DNA of 64,000 nt from Vicinamibacterales bacterium (GCA_963821395.1 CAWGDY010000042.1:41263-105262); one strand, 5' to 3'; shown: positions 1-9,214, numbered from the stretch's first letter. Numbers and translations are program-made. The notes: generated from the sequence alone by a model not told the origin.

Positions 1-557
1 CCCGCCGCGGCAATCACGAAGTCATGATGCGCGGGACGTTTGCCAACACCCGGCTGCGCAATCAGCTCGCGCCGGGTACCGAAGGCGGATGGACGACCTA
101 TCAGCCGTCGGGCGAGCAGATGACGATCTACGACGCGTCGATGACATACCAGGCCTCGGCGGTGCCGCTCGTCGTGATTGCGGGGAAGGAGTACGGATCG
201 GGCTCGTCGCGCGACTGGGCCGCCAAGGGCACGCTGCTCCTGGGTGTGCGCGCGGTCATTGCCGAAAGCTTCGAGCGCATCCACCGCAGTAACCTCGTGA
301 ACATGGGCGTGCTGCCGCTGCAGTTCAAGCCGGGCGAAACCGCCTCGACCCTGGGTCTGACGGGCCGGGAGCAGTACGACATCGCGATAGCCGCGTTGAC
401 GCCGCGGGCCACGATCGCCGTCCGCGTGCGCCCGCCCGATGGGAAAGACCGCGAAATTCAGGCCGTCGTCCGCATCGACACGCCCGAAGAGCTGACGGCC
501 TTCCGCCACGGCGGCATCCTGCCTTATGTTTTCCGGCAACTCTTGGACAAACCGTGA
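1..557 (+). CDS. acnA: aconitate hydratase, C-terminal part (5' end outside window)
   Basis: ORF 24..557 is open to the window edge. The translation ...[45 protein letters not shown]... is the conserved aconitase C-terminal (swivel) region. TGA at 555-557. Confidence 0.85.
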   Translation, partial: RRGNHEVMMRGTFANTRLRNQLAPGTEGGWTTYQPSGEQMTIYDASMTYQASAVPLVVIAGKEYGSGSSRDWAAKGTLLLGVRAVIAESFERIHRSNLVNMGVLPLQFKPGETASTLGLTGREQYDIAIAALTPRATIAVRVRPPDGKDREIQAVVRIDTPEELTAFRHGGILPYVFRQLLDKP

Positions 558-619
558 GTTGCCGGACCATGACTTGTGATAAAACTGCACCCATCGCCAA
601 CGCAAGCTAGGAGGGGCCG

Positions 620-1442
620 ATGACCCGGTTCAGCTCTGTACTCATATTAGGATTCGTGACGCTTGCCGGCAGCAGCTACCTGGCCGCCCAAGCCCCGGAA
701 CGCAAAGAGGAGCGTTCACAGCAATATCCCGGCAGCAATCCCCATCTGAACAGACAAGGAGTCCATCCGGGGCGGCATGTCCCTGTATCGCAGGATGTGC
801 GGCGAGTGCCACGGCCTCGATGCGCTGGGCTATCGCGGTCCCAACCTCGTCGCATTTATGGGGGGCGCGAGCGACGAAGCCCTGTTCCAGACGATTCGCC
901 GGGGTGTGCCGGGATCGGAGATGCCGGCCAGCACCCGGCCCGACCACGAAATCCTGCAAATCATGGCGTATCTGCGCAACATGAACGCGGCAGTGCCGGC
1001 CGACACGACCCCCGTCGGCAACGTCGCCAACGGCGAGCAGTTGTTCGCCAAGCAGTGCCAGAACTGCCATCGCGTTGCGGGGAAAGGCGGCCGCCTCGGC
1101 CCCGATCTCAGCCGCATCGGCTCGGCGCGCACGCGCGCGGCGCTCGTCCGTGAAATCAGGACGCCGGCCGAAGTGATTCCACCCGCGTACGAGACGGTCA
1201 CGGTCGTCACGAAGACCGGGCAGAAGGTACGCGGCGCGAAGAAGAACGAAGACGCGTTCTCGATCCAGGTGATGGACATGGGCGAGCGCATTCAGGGTTA
1301 CAAGAAGTCGGACGTGGAAGTGACCTACGACAAGAACTCGCTGATGCCGGCTTTCGACCCGAAGCGGCTGACCGATAGCGACCTGAGCGATCTGGTCGGC
1401 TATCTCACCACGCTGCGCGGGTACGACGTGGCGGTTCGTTAA
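620..1442 (+). CDS. dihaem c-type cytochrome with Sec signal peptide; one +1 frame break as assembled
   Basis: The signal peptide MTRFSSVLILGFVTLAGSSYLAAQAP lies in the frame of ORF 620..1153. Both haem-c motifs (CGECH, CQNCH) and the rest lie in ORF 777..1442, whose frame is open from 750. The two frames join at ~750-765. TAA at 1440-1442, 8 nt before the first PQQ dehydrogenase. Confidence 0.7.
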
Positions 1443-1450
1443 GGAGGCCT

Positions 1451-3061
1451 ATGCGTGCATTATTGATGGTCGTCGTTTGCTCGGTCACGCTCGCCGCACA
1501 GCAACCCTCTCCGGGCACCGTGACGAACCAGGACATCCTTGCCGGCCTTCCGAGCGACGGATCGAAGTGGCTCATCTATCACGGCAACTACGCGGGCCAT
1601 CGGTTCAGCCCGCTGACCCAGGTTACGCCCGCCAACGTCAGCCAGCTCAAGGCGCAGTGGACGTTCCAGACGGGCCTCACCCCGAATTTCCAGACCACGC
1701 CGCTCTTCGTGGACAACGTCCTTTACGTCAGCGGCTTCAACGGCAACGCCTGGGCCATCGATGCGCGAACGGGCCGGCAGGTCTGGCGGTACCGGCGGAA
1801 TATGCCAGACGACTTCCGCGGCTGCTGTGGTCCGAACAACCGCGGGATGGCCGTGCTCGGCGACAAGCTGTTCCTCGGAACGGGAGATGCCCATCTCGTC
1901 GCGCTGGACATCAAAACGGGCGACGTCGTCTGGGATCGCGAGCTGGCGGATTACACGAAGGGCTATTCGATTACCGTCGCACCGATCGTCGTCAAAGACA
2001 AAGTCATCATCGGGATGGCGGGCGCCGAGTTTGGTATCCGCGGATTCATCGAGGCGATGAACGTGGACACGGGCAAGTCGGCGTGGAAGTTCTACACGGT
2101 CGCCGGACCCGATCAGCCCGGTGGCCAGACCTGGCCGAAAGGCTCGGACGCCTATCTCCGCGGTGGCGGCTCGATCTGGGTGTCGGGCACCTACGATCCC
2201 GAACAGAATCTGGTGTTCTTTGGCACCGGCAACCCCGGACCGGATTACTTCAGCCCGGCGCGTGAGGGCGACAACCTGTATACCTGCTCGGCGGTTGCGC
2301 TCGACGCCGATACGGGCCAGCTCAAGTGGCATTACCAGTTCACGCCGCACGACCTGCACGACTGGGACTCCACGCAGGTGCCTGTGCTCGCCGATCTCAC
2401 GATCAACGGCCAACCGCGCAAGACGATGCTGTTTGCCAATCGCAACGGGTTCTTCTACGTGCTCGATCGGACCAATGGCCGCATCATTTCCGCGAAGCCG
2501 TTCGTGTCGCAGAACTGGGCCAAGGAGATCAGCCCCGAAGGGCGGCCGATTCTCAACCCCGGCATCAACCCCAGCGAGGAAGGCAGCATCAAGGTGTGCC
2601 CGGATCTGGGCGGAGGCACCAACTTCTTCTCGCCGGCCTACGATCCGACGCAGCGGCTCTTTTTCGTGAACGCGCGCGAGACGTGCGCCATCTACTACTC
2701 CTGGCACGAGCCGTTCAGACAGGGGGAGCAGTACGAGTCAGGCGGCACCACGCGGCCGCCCGAGCAGAAGAACTACGGAGCGTTGCGCGCGATCGATCCG
2801 GTGACTGGCGAGCGCAAGTGGGAGTTCCGTTATCAGACGACGTCGGCGTCAGGCATTCTGACAACGGCGGCGGGCCTGGTGTTCTCGGGCGACGGCGACG
2901 GCAACATCATCGCGCTGGACTCGAAGAGCGGCAAATACCTGTGGTATTACCAGCTCGGGAACGGTCTCAAATCGACGGGTGGGACGACCTACATGGTCGA
3001 CGGCAAACAGTACTTGCTGTTCCCGTCGGGCGCCGCGCTGACCGCGTTCGCGCTGCCGTAG
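1451..3061 (+). CDS. PQQ-dependent dehydrogenase, methanol/ethanol family (paralog 1)
   Basis: 536 aa. AAGGAGG at 1441-1447 precedes ATG 1451. Signal peptide MRALLMVVVCSVTLAAQQ. Family hallmarks: vicinal Cys pair RGCCGPNNRG (TGC TGT 1823-1828), GAEFGIRG, GTGNPGP, and TPHDLHDWDSTQ (GAC TGG GAC 2360-2368). Confidence 0.9.
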   Translation: MRALLMVVVCSVTLAAQQPSPGTVTNQDILAGLPSDGSKWLIYHGNYAGHRFSPLTQVTPANVSQLKAQWTFQTGLTPNFQTTPLFVDNVLYVSGFNGNAWAIDARTGRQVWRYRRNMPDDFRGCCGPNNRGMAVLGDKLFLGTGDAHLVALDIKTGDVVWDRELADYTKGYSITVAPIVVKDKVIIGMAGAEFGIRGFIEAMNVDTGKSAWKFYTVAGPDQPGGQTWPKGSDAYLRGGGSIWVSGTYDPEQNLVFFGTGNPGPDYFSPAREGDNLYTCSAVALDADTGQLKWHYQFTPHDLHDWDSTQVPVLADLTINGQPRKTMLFANRNGFFYVLDRTNGRIISAKPFVSQNWAKEISPEGRPILNPGINPSEEGSIKVCPDLGGGTNFFSPAYDPTQRLFFVNARETCAIYYSWHEPFRQGEQYESGGTTRPPEQKNYGALRAIDPVTGERKWEFRYQTTSASGILTTAAGLVFSGDGDGNIIALDSKSGKYLWYYQLGNGLKSTGGTTYMVDGKQYLLFPSGAALTAFALP

Positions 3062-3080
3062 CTCGGCCAGTAAGTGCTCT

Positions 3081-3165
3081 GTCATGGCAAATGGCAGAGG
3101 GCAGATGGATGATGGCAACAGATAGCTCTGCCATCTGCCATCTGCCATTTGCCATCTGCCATGAC
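3081..3165. repeat. REP-like palindromic element, family A (GCCATCTGCCAT units), copy 1
   Basis: The left arm gtcatggcaaatggcagagggcagatgg... is nearly the reverse complement of the right arm ...ccatctgccatttgccatctgccatgac. It fills the gap between PQQ paralogs 1 and 2. Related copies lie at 14075-14177 and 35302-35367. Confidence 0.85.
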
Positions 3166-3183
3166 ACGCGTCATGGAGGCCCT

Positions 3184-4794
3184 ATGCGTCCGTTGCTGCT
3201 GGTCGTCATCTGCTCGGTCACGCTCGCGGCGCAACAGCCCGCTCCGGGCACCGTGACAAGCCAGGACATCCTTGGCGGCCTTCCGAGCGACGGATCGAAG
3301 TGGCTCATCTATCACGGCAACTACGCGGGTCATCGGTTCAGCCCGTTGACGCAGATTACGCCCGCCAACGTCAGCCAACTCAAGGCGCAGTGGACGTTCC
3401 AGACGGGCCTCACACCGAATTTCCAGACGACCCCGCTATTGGTAGACAACGTCCTCTATGTCACGGGCTTCAACGGCAACGCCTGGGCCATCGACGCGCG
3501 AACCGGCCGCCAGATCTGGCGGTACCGTCGCAACATGCCCGACGACTTCCGCGGGTGCTGCGGTCCGAACAACCGAGGCATGGCGGTTCTTGGCGACAAG
3601 CTGTTTCTCGGCACTGGCGACGCGCACATCGTTGCGCTCGACATCAAGACGGGCGACGTGATTTGGGATGCCGAGATGGCTGAGTATTCACACGGATATT
3701 CGGTCACGGTGGCCCCGATCGTGGTGAAAGACAAAGTGATCGTCGGCGTGGCCGGCGCGGAGTTCGGCATTCGCGGGTTCATCGACGCGTACGACGTGAA
3801 CACAGGGAAGAGGATCTGGCGGTTCTATACCGTGCCCGGTCCCGATCAGCCGGGCGGGCAGACGTGGCCGAAAGGCTCGGACGCGTATTTGCGGGGTGGC
3901 GGGTCGATCTGGGTATCAGGCACATACGATCCCGAACAGAATCTGGTGTTCTTCGGCACCGGTAATCCGGGCCCCGATTACTACAGCCCGGCGCGCGAGG
4001 GAGACAACCTCTACACGTGTTCGGCAGTCGCCCTGGACGCCGACACCGGGCAGTTGAAGTGGCATTTTCAGTTCACGCCGCACGACCTGCACGACTGGGA
4101 TTCGACGCAGGTGCCGGTGCTCGCCGATCTCACGATCAACGGCACACCGCGCAAGACCATGTTGTTTGCCAATCGCAACGGGTTCTTCTACGTGCTCGAT
4201 CGGACGAACGGCCGGATGATTCTGGCCAGGCCGTTCATCTCGCAGAACTGGGCAAAGGAGATCAGCCCGGAGGGACGGCCAATTCTCAACCCTGGCACCA
4301 ATCCGAGCGAGGAAGGCAGCACCAAGGTGTGTCCCAATCTGGGCGGAGGCACCAACTTCTACTCGCCGTCGTACGACCCGACGCAACGGCTGTTTTTCGT
4401 GAACGCACAAGAGACGTGCGCCACCTACTACACCTTCAACGAGCCGTTCCGGAGGGGGGAACAGTACCAGTCCGGCGGGACGACACGGACACCTGACCAT
4501 ATAGCCTACGGGGCGCTGCGCGCGATCGATCCGATCACCGGCGAACGCAAGTGGGAGTTCCGCTATCAGGGCACCTCATCGTCGGGTGTCCTGACGACGG
4601 CGTCGGGCCTGGTGTTTTCGGGTGACGGCGACGGCAACCTCATCGCGCTCGATTCGAGGAACGGAAAGTACCTGTGGCACTACCAGATGGGCGTGGGCCT
4701 GCGGTCGACTGGCGGGACGACATACATGGTGGATGGCAAGCAGTATCTGCTGTTCCCGTCGGGCGCCGCGCTGACCGCGTTCGCGCTGCCGTAG
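3184..4794 (+). CDS. PQQ-dependent dehydrogenase, methanol/ethanol family (paralog 2)
   Basis: ATG 3184 (MRPLLLVVICSVTLAAQQ) lies inside the long ORF 2326..4794. It gives 536 aa, the same length as paralog 1 and collinear with it at high identity by eye. Same CC pair, and the DWD motif at 4093-4101. Confidence 0.9.
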   Translation: MRPLLLVVICSVTLAAQQPAPGTVTSQDILGGLPSDGSKWLIYHGNYAGHRFSPLTQITPANVSQLKAQWTFQTGLTPNFQTTPLLVDNVLYVTGFNGNAWAIDARTGRQIWRYRRNMPDDFRGCCGPNNRGMAVLGDKLFLGTGDAHIVALDIKTGDVIWDAEMAEYSHGYSVTVAPIVVKDKVIVGVAGAEFGIRGFIDAYDVNTGKRIWRFYTVPGPDQPGGQTWPKGSDAYLRGGGSIWVSGTYDPEQNLVFFGTGNPGPDYYSPAREGDNLYTCSAVALDADTGQLKWHFQFTPHDLHDWDSTQVPVLADLTINGTPRKTMLFANRNGFFYVLDRTNGRMILARPFISQNWAKEISPEGRPILNPGTNPSEEGSTKVCPNLGGGTNFYSPSYDPTQRLFFVNAQETCATYYTFNEPFRRGEQYQSGGTTRTPDHIAYGALRAIDPITGERKWEFRYQGTSSSGVLTTASGLVFSGDGDGNLIALDSRNGKYLWHYQMGVGLRSTGGTTYMVDGKQYLLFPSGAALTAFALP

Positions 4795-4827
4795 CTTCAT
4801 CAGTAGGTGATCTGTCAGGAGAGGTCT

Positions 4828-6436
4828 ATGCGTCCTTTGTTGCTGGCCGTCATCTGCTCGGTTTCACTCGCGGCGCAGCAAGCTGGCCCGCCCACCGTCA
4901 CCAACCAGGACATCCTCGCCGGACTGCAGGACGGCACGAAGTGGCTGACCTACTCGGGCAACTACTTCGGCCATCGGCACAGCCCGCTCACGCAGATCAC
5001 GCCCGAGAACGTGGGGCAGCTCAAATCGCAGTGGACGTTCCAGACGGGCGCGCTCGGAAACTTTCAATCGACGCCGCTCGTGATCGACGGCGTCCTGTAT
5101 GTCACGGGCTGGGGAGGCGACGCGTGGGCGCTCGACGCGCGCACGGGACGGCAGATCTGGCGCCATCGCCGAACGCTGCCTGACGATATCAGGGCGTGCT
5201 GCGGGCCGAACAATCGCGGATTCGGTGCGCTCGGCGACCGGCTGTTTCTGGGCACGGCCGACGCGCATCTCCTGTCGCTCGATATGAGGACCGGCGCGGT
5301 TCTCTGGGATGCCGAGCTCACCAACTACAAGTCTGGATATTCGGTGACCGTCGCACCGCTCGTCGTGAAGGACAAAGTCATCGTCGGCGTGGCCGGCGCC
5401 GAGTACGGCATACGCGGCTTCATCGATGCGTACGACGTGAGCTCCGGCAAGCGGCTGTGGCGGTTCTATACCGTGGCGGGACCCGACGAGCCCGGTGGCA
5501 ACACATGGCCGCGGGGAAGCGACGCGTACCTTCGCGGCGGGGGATCGATCTGGGTGACCGGCACCTACGATCCCGAACAGAATCTGGTGTTCTACGGGAC
5601 GGGTAATCCGGGTCCCGACTATTTCAGTGCCGTGCGCGAAGGCGACAACCTGTACACGGCGTCGGTGGTGGCGCTCGACGCCGACACCGGCAAGATCAAG
5701 TGGCATTTCCAGTTCACGCCGCACGACGTCCACGACTGGGATTCGACGCAGGTGCCGATCCTGGCCGACCTCACCATCAGCGGGCAGCCGCGAAAGACGC
5801 TGATGTTTGCCAATCGCAACGGCTTCTTCTACGTGCTCGATCGCACGAACGGACGCATGATTCTTGCGAAGCCGTTCGTCCAGCAGACGTGGGCGAAGGA
5901 AATCAGTCCCGAAGGCCGGCCGATCCTGGTGCCCGGGACGCTGCCGACGGAGGAAGGGGCGCGAACGTGTCCCGATGCCGGCGGTGGGACGAATTTCTAT
6001 TCTCCGTCCTACGATCCCACCAACCGGCTCTTCATCGTGACAGCGCGCGAGACGTGTGCGACGTACTACTCGTACAACGAGCCGTTCAAAGACGGTGAAC
6101 GTTACGCGGGCGGTGGCGGCGTGCGCCTGAGCACTCACGTGAACTACGGTGCCTTGCGCGCGCTCGATCCCGTCGACCGGCGATCGGAAGTGGGAGTTCC
6201 GCTACTCCGACGGTTTCGTCCTCCGGCGTCCTGACGACGGCCTCGGGCCTGGTGTTTGCCGGTGACGGCGACGGCAACGTCATGGCAGTCGAGATCGAAG
6301 ACCGGCCGGAATCTGTGGCACTACCAGCTCGGTACCTGCGTCCGCTCGACAGGCGGGACGACCTACATGGTGGACGGCACGCCAGTACTACCTCGTCCCG
6401 GCGGGCAGCACGCTGACGGCGTTCGCCCTGCCGTAA
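4828..6436 (+). pseudogene. PQQ-dependent dehydrogenase paralog 3, interrupted by four +1 frame breaks near its 3' end
   Basis: ATG 4828 (MRPLLLAVICSVSLAAQQ). The gene is collinear with paralogs 1 and 2 up to ...NYGALRALDPV. The expected continuation RKWEFRY / SSGVLTTASGLVFAGDGDGN / TGRNLWHYQLG / QYYLVPAGSTLTAFALP* is recovered only by shifting frame at ~6180, ~6216, ~6293 and ~6381. TAA at 6434-6436. Confidence 0.75.
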
Positions 6437-6448
6437 GAGAAGCATGCC

Positions 6449-6544
6449 TTGACGCAGAGACGCTGAGGCGCAGAGAATTTTTTCAGGAGCGTTCTGGACA
6501 CTGGTGCCTGAAGATTCTTTGCGGCTCGGCGACTCTGCGTCGAA
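6449..6544. repeat. REP-like palindromic element, family B (GACGCAGAG units), copy 1
   Basis: Left arm ttgacgcagagacgctgaggcgcagag and right arm ctttgcggctcggcgactctgcgtcgaa form an imperfect inverted repeat. The same architecture recurs at 15860, 26491 and 63867, with half copies at 35443 and 63222. Confidence 0.85.
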
Positions 6545-7595
6545 AGATCGCCTCACCAGCGTTGCGGTAAAGAGTCGCGCGCGCGAGCTCGGATTCGAGC
6601 TGTGCGGCGTCGCTCCCGCGGAAGCCTTTCCCGAGCTCGGGTTCTTCAAGCAGTGGATTGCGAAAGGCTACGCCGGCACGATGGGGTACCTCCCCCGATC
6701 GGCCGAGCGGCGCGCCGACGTGCGCAATGTCATACCGACGGCGCGCTCGGTGATCGTCGTCGGCGCGCTCTACAACACCGGCGAGCCGTATTCGATCGAG
6801 CGTCACGATCCCGAGCGCGGGGAAGTGGCGCGCTATGCCTGGAGCCGCGACTACCACGACGTGCTGGGTGAGCGCCTCGATGCGCTTCTTGCCTGGATGA
6901 GAGGGCAGCATCCGGAACCCTTCGATGCACGCGCCTATGTCGACACCGGACCGGTGCAGGAGCGTGTGTACGCGCAGTACGCGGGCGTCGGTTGGATTGG
7001 CAAGAACACGTGCGTGATCAATCCCGATCTCGGGTCGTGGCTGCTGCTGGGCACGATCGTCTGCAGCCTGCCGCTCGAGGCCGACTCGCCCTCGCTCGAT
7101 CAGTGCGGCACGTGCACGCTCTGTCTCGAGGCCTGTCCCACTGGTGCCTTTGCGGCGCCGCATGTGCTGGACGCGACCCGGTGCATCTCGTATCTCACCA
7201 TCGAGTACCGCGGCTCGATTCCCGAAGGGCAGCGCGAGGCGATTGGTAACCATCTCTTCGGCTGCGACGTCTGTCAGGAAGTCTGCCCGTTCAACGCAAC
7301 GCCTGTTGATGCTGTGAAGCCGTCGTGGTCTTCGCGCGACGATCTGAATGGTCAGCAGTTGGTCGATCTCTGGAGCAGAAGCGACGCCGAGCTTGCCGTG
7401 TTCATCGGGGACACGGCCATGACGCGCGCCGGAGTCCGTGGCCTGCGGCGGAATCTTGCCGTGGCATTGGGCAATTCCGGCGACCCGTCTGCGCTCGAAG
7501 TGCTTTCGGAAACCCAAACCACTGCCGACACACGAACGGATCCACTGGTCCTCCAGCATGTCGCCTGGGCGAAATCCAGATTGCGGCAGACATAG
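6504..7595 (+). CDS. queG: tRNA epoxyqueuosine(34) reductase
   Basis: 363 aa with ...RELGFELCGVAPAE..., the ferredoxin-type motifs CGTCTLCLEACPTGAF and LFGCDVCQEVCPFN, and CISYLTIE. The first ~14 codons overlap the right arm of REP B1, so the exact start is uncertain. Confidence 0.85.
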   Translation: MPEDSLRLGDSASKDRLTSVAVKSRARELGFELCGVAPAEAFPELGFFKQWIAKGYAGTMGYLPRSAERRADVRNVIPTARSVIVVGALYNTGEPYSIERHDPERGEVARYAWSRDYHDVLGERLDALLAWMRGQHPEPFDARAYVDTGPVQERVYAQYAGVGWIGKNTCVINPDLGSWLLLGTIVCSLPLEADSPSLDQCGTCTLCLEACPTGAFAAPHVLDATRCISYLTIEYRGSIPEGQREAIGNHLFGCDVCQEVCPFNATPVDAVKPSWSSRDDLNGQQLVDLWSRSDAELAVFIGDTAMTRAGVRGLRRNLAVALGNSGDPSALEVLSETQTTADTRTDPLVLQHVAWAKSRLRQT

Positions 7596-7767
7596 CAGAA
7601 TTCGCTATCGATTTGGCGGCCAATCTCGATCAGAAACTACACTCGCGCGCACCTACGCCACGTTTTCCAGAGGAATTCCGAAGGGCACCACTCTTGATTG
7701 TGCTTCCGGCAAGGGACGCTTGACCGACGACGGTATACTCCGGTCAGAGTCGCTGAAGGAGAGTCCG

Positions 7768-8376
7768 ATGGCTATCGATGAGGGGCGACTCGACTATCTG
7801 GAGCGCGCATTGGAGGATCGACGCCAGGACTTCACGGAATTGAAGGAGGCCGTTCGCCATCTTGAAGCAAAGATGGACGAGCGCTTCGCGAACGTCGATG
7901 TGCGGTTCCTCGGCATCGATAGCCGCTTTCTCGCCATTGAGCATCGATTGACGGCGCTCGATTCGAAGTTCGACGCGCTCGGGTCGAGGTTGGACGCGAG
8001 ATTCGACGCGTTCGGATCGAGATTCGACGGGCTGGAGTCGAAATTCGATGCGAAATTCACCGGGCTCGAGTCGAGATTTGACGCGAAATTCGACGCGCTC
8101 GAGTCAAAATTCGACGCGAAGTTCGATGGGGTCGAATCGAGATTCGCGACGAAATTCACCGGGCTCGGGTCGAAATTCGATGCGAAGTTCGCCGGGTTCG
8201 AGTCGAAATTCGATGGGAAGTCCGCCGGGCTCGAGTCGAAATTTGACGCGAAGTTCGAGGGGGTTCAGGGGCAGTTCCAGGCGATGCTGAAGAAGATGGA
8301 CAGCCAGTTTCGGTGGCTGGTCGGTATCCAGTTCGGTGTGTTGGTCACCGTGATCGGCGTGCTGCTGTCAAGCTGA
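7768..8376 (+). CDS. tail-anchored coiled-coil protein with tandem 11-residue (hendecad) FDAKFxGLESK repeats
   Basis: GAAGGAG lies a few nt upstream of ATG 7768 (MAIDEGRLDYLERALE...). The N-terminal part has heptad-spaced R/K-F, followed by about 8 hendecads (SKFDAKFTGLESRFDAKFDALESKFDAKFDGVESRF...). A single C-terminal TM segment (WLVGIQFGVLVTVIGVLLSS) follows. The ORF 7438..8376 upstream extension looks non-coding. Confidence 0.7.
   Translation: MAIDEGRLDYLERALEDRRQDFTELKEAVRHLEAKMDERFANVDVRFLGIDSRFLAIEHRLTALDSKFDALGSRLDARFDAFGSRFDGLESKFDAKFTGLESRFDAKFDALESKFDAKFDGVESRFATKFTGLGSKFDAKFAGFESKFDGKSAGLESKFDAKFEGVQGQFQAMLKKMDSQFRWLVGIQFGVLVTVIGVLLSS
7957..8280 (+). repeat. in-frame ~33-bp tandem repeat array encoding the hendecads
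   Basis: Units of the form tcgaaattcgatgcgaaattcaccgggctcgag recur with small variations across this interval. Confidence 0.75.
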
Positions 8377-8460
8377 CTTCACCGGGTATGTCCAGTAGGC
8401 AAAGCGGAGGCTGACAGTCCCGATCTAATCCGCACCGCCTGTTCGCCCAGCCCTCCCTGA

Positions 8461-8486
8461 GCGGGAAACCGGATCGAAGAGGGCCA
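8461..8486. repeat. orphan third copy of the 26-nt box GCGGGAARCCGGATCGAARAGGGCCA
   Basis: Near-identical to 9152-9177 and 9863-9888. Here no gene follows it on the minus strand. Confidence 0.7.
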
Positions 8487-8521
8487 GGGGGACGGAGGGC
8501 TTAAGGCTGAGGGCTTAAGGG

Positions 8522-9103
8522 CTAAGGGCTGTTCCCACCCTTCGGACGCGCACGAATCATCGCCGCTTGGCTGGGCTCGAATGTGAGGCTGCCAGTTGCG
8601 GCGAGCATCGCCTGATGGTTGTCCCAGCCCGCCTTCATGAGCCCGGCCGCAGTGTGCGAGCCGTACGGCAACAAGAGGTGTCCCATCTCGTGTGCCATGA
8701 CGTGACCCAGCACCTGCGACACCTCGGGGTGGAATAGCCGTGCGAGATCATCTATGCGATCGAAGAACAGCCTGGCGACTCGTCCGCGTGCATCCTTCGA
8801 CCCCGGCGCAGAGCCAAGGATGTTCGGATTGCCATTCCAGCCGTTCGGAGTCGTCACGATTTGGATGATCAGCGAACCTGCCGGCGGCTCCTGAGTCGAC
8901 AGCCACACCAAAGAGATGCCGGCAGCTGCGAAGATCCGCTGGGCTTCCTGTTGCGTCCGGCTTAGCGCGTCGGTCGGCAGATGCACTTCATCATGGAGAA
9001 GCACTGAGACGGCCGGCGAGTTGGATGTCTGGGCCCCCGCATTGGTCCAGGCCGTCAGCCCGACAAACAGCGCCACCGTGGCGATCCAGCTCGCCCGGCC
9101 CAT
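8522..9103 (-). CDS. small secreted HExxH protein (minimal metzincin-like), paralog 1
   Basis: 193 aa. Signal peptide MGRASWIATVALFVGLTAWTNAGAQ, then HVMAHEMGHLLLPYGSH followed by AAGLMKAGW (HExxH, a third His, and a possible Met-turn). Strong SD GGGAGGGGGA upstream. Confidence 0.7.
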   Translation of the reverse strand: MGRASWIATVALFVGLTAWTNAGAQTSNSPAVSVLLHDEVHLPTDALSRTQQEAQRIFAAAGISLVWLSTQEPPAGSLIIQIVTTPNGWNGNPNILGSAPGSKDARGRVARLFFDRIDDLARLFHPEVSQVLGHVMAHEMGHLLLPYGSHTAAGLMKAGWDNHQAMLAATGSLTFEPSQAAMIRARPKGGNSP

Positions 9104-9177
9104 CGCGTCCCCCTCCCGGGGGCCGGGTCAATCCCGGCCGTGAACAGGGAGGCGGGAAGCCGGATCGAAGAGGGCCA
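9104..9177 (-). promoter_or_regulatory. conserved structured 5' leader of HExxH paralog 1
   Basis: 26-nt box at 9152-9177, then a 7-bp stem GGCCGGG/CCCGGCC (9121-9127 / 9133-9139, 5-nt loop) next to the SD. The same layout occurs upstream of paralog 2. Confidence 0.45.
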
Positions 9178-9214
9178 GCAGGAATTGGGGCCTGGCGATG
9201 GTTCGTGTTTCTCG

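Noticed and set aside
2326-3183. N-terminal 286 codons of the 822-aa ORF 2326..4794
   Set aside because: This part is an out-of-frame read across paralog 1 and REP element A1. The real gene starts at ATG 3184, which has its own signal peptide and gives the same 536-aa length as paralog 1.
7438-7767. 110-codon upstream extension of the hendecad-repeat ORF
   Set aside because: It overlaps the queG 3' end and the intergenic region, and its composition is unlike the rest of the protein. A good SD plus ATG at 7768 begins the repeat protein.
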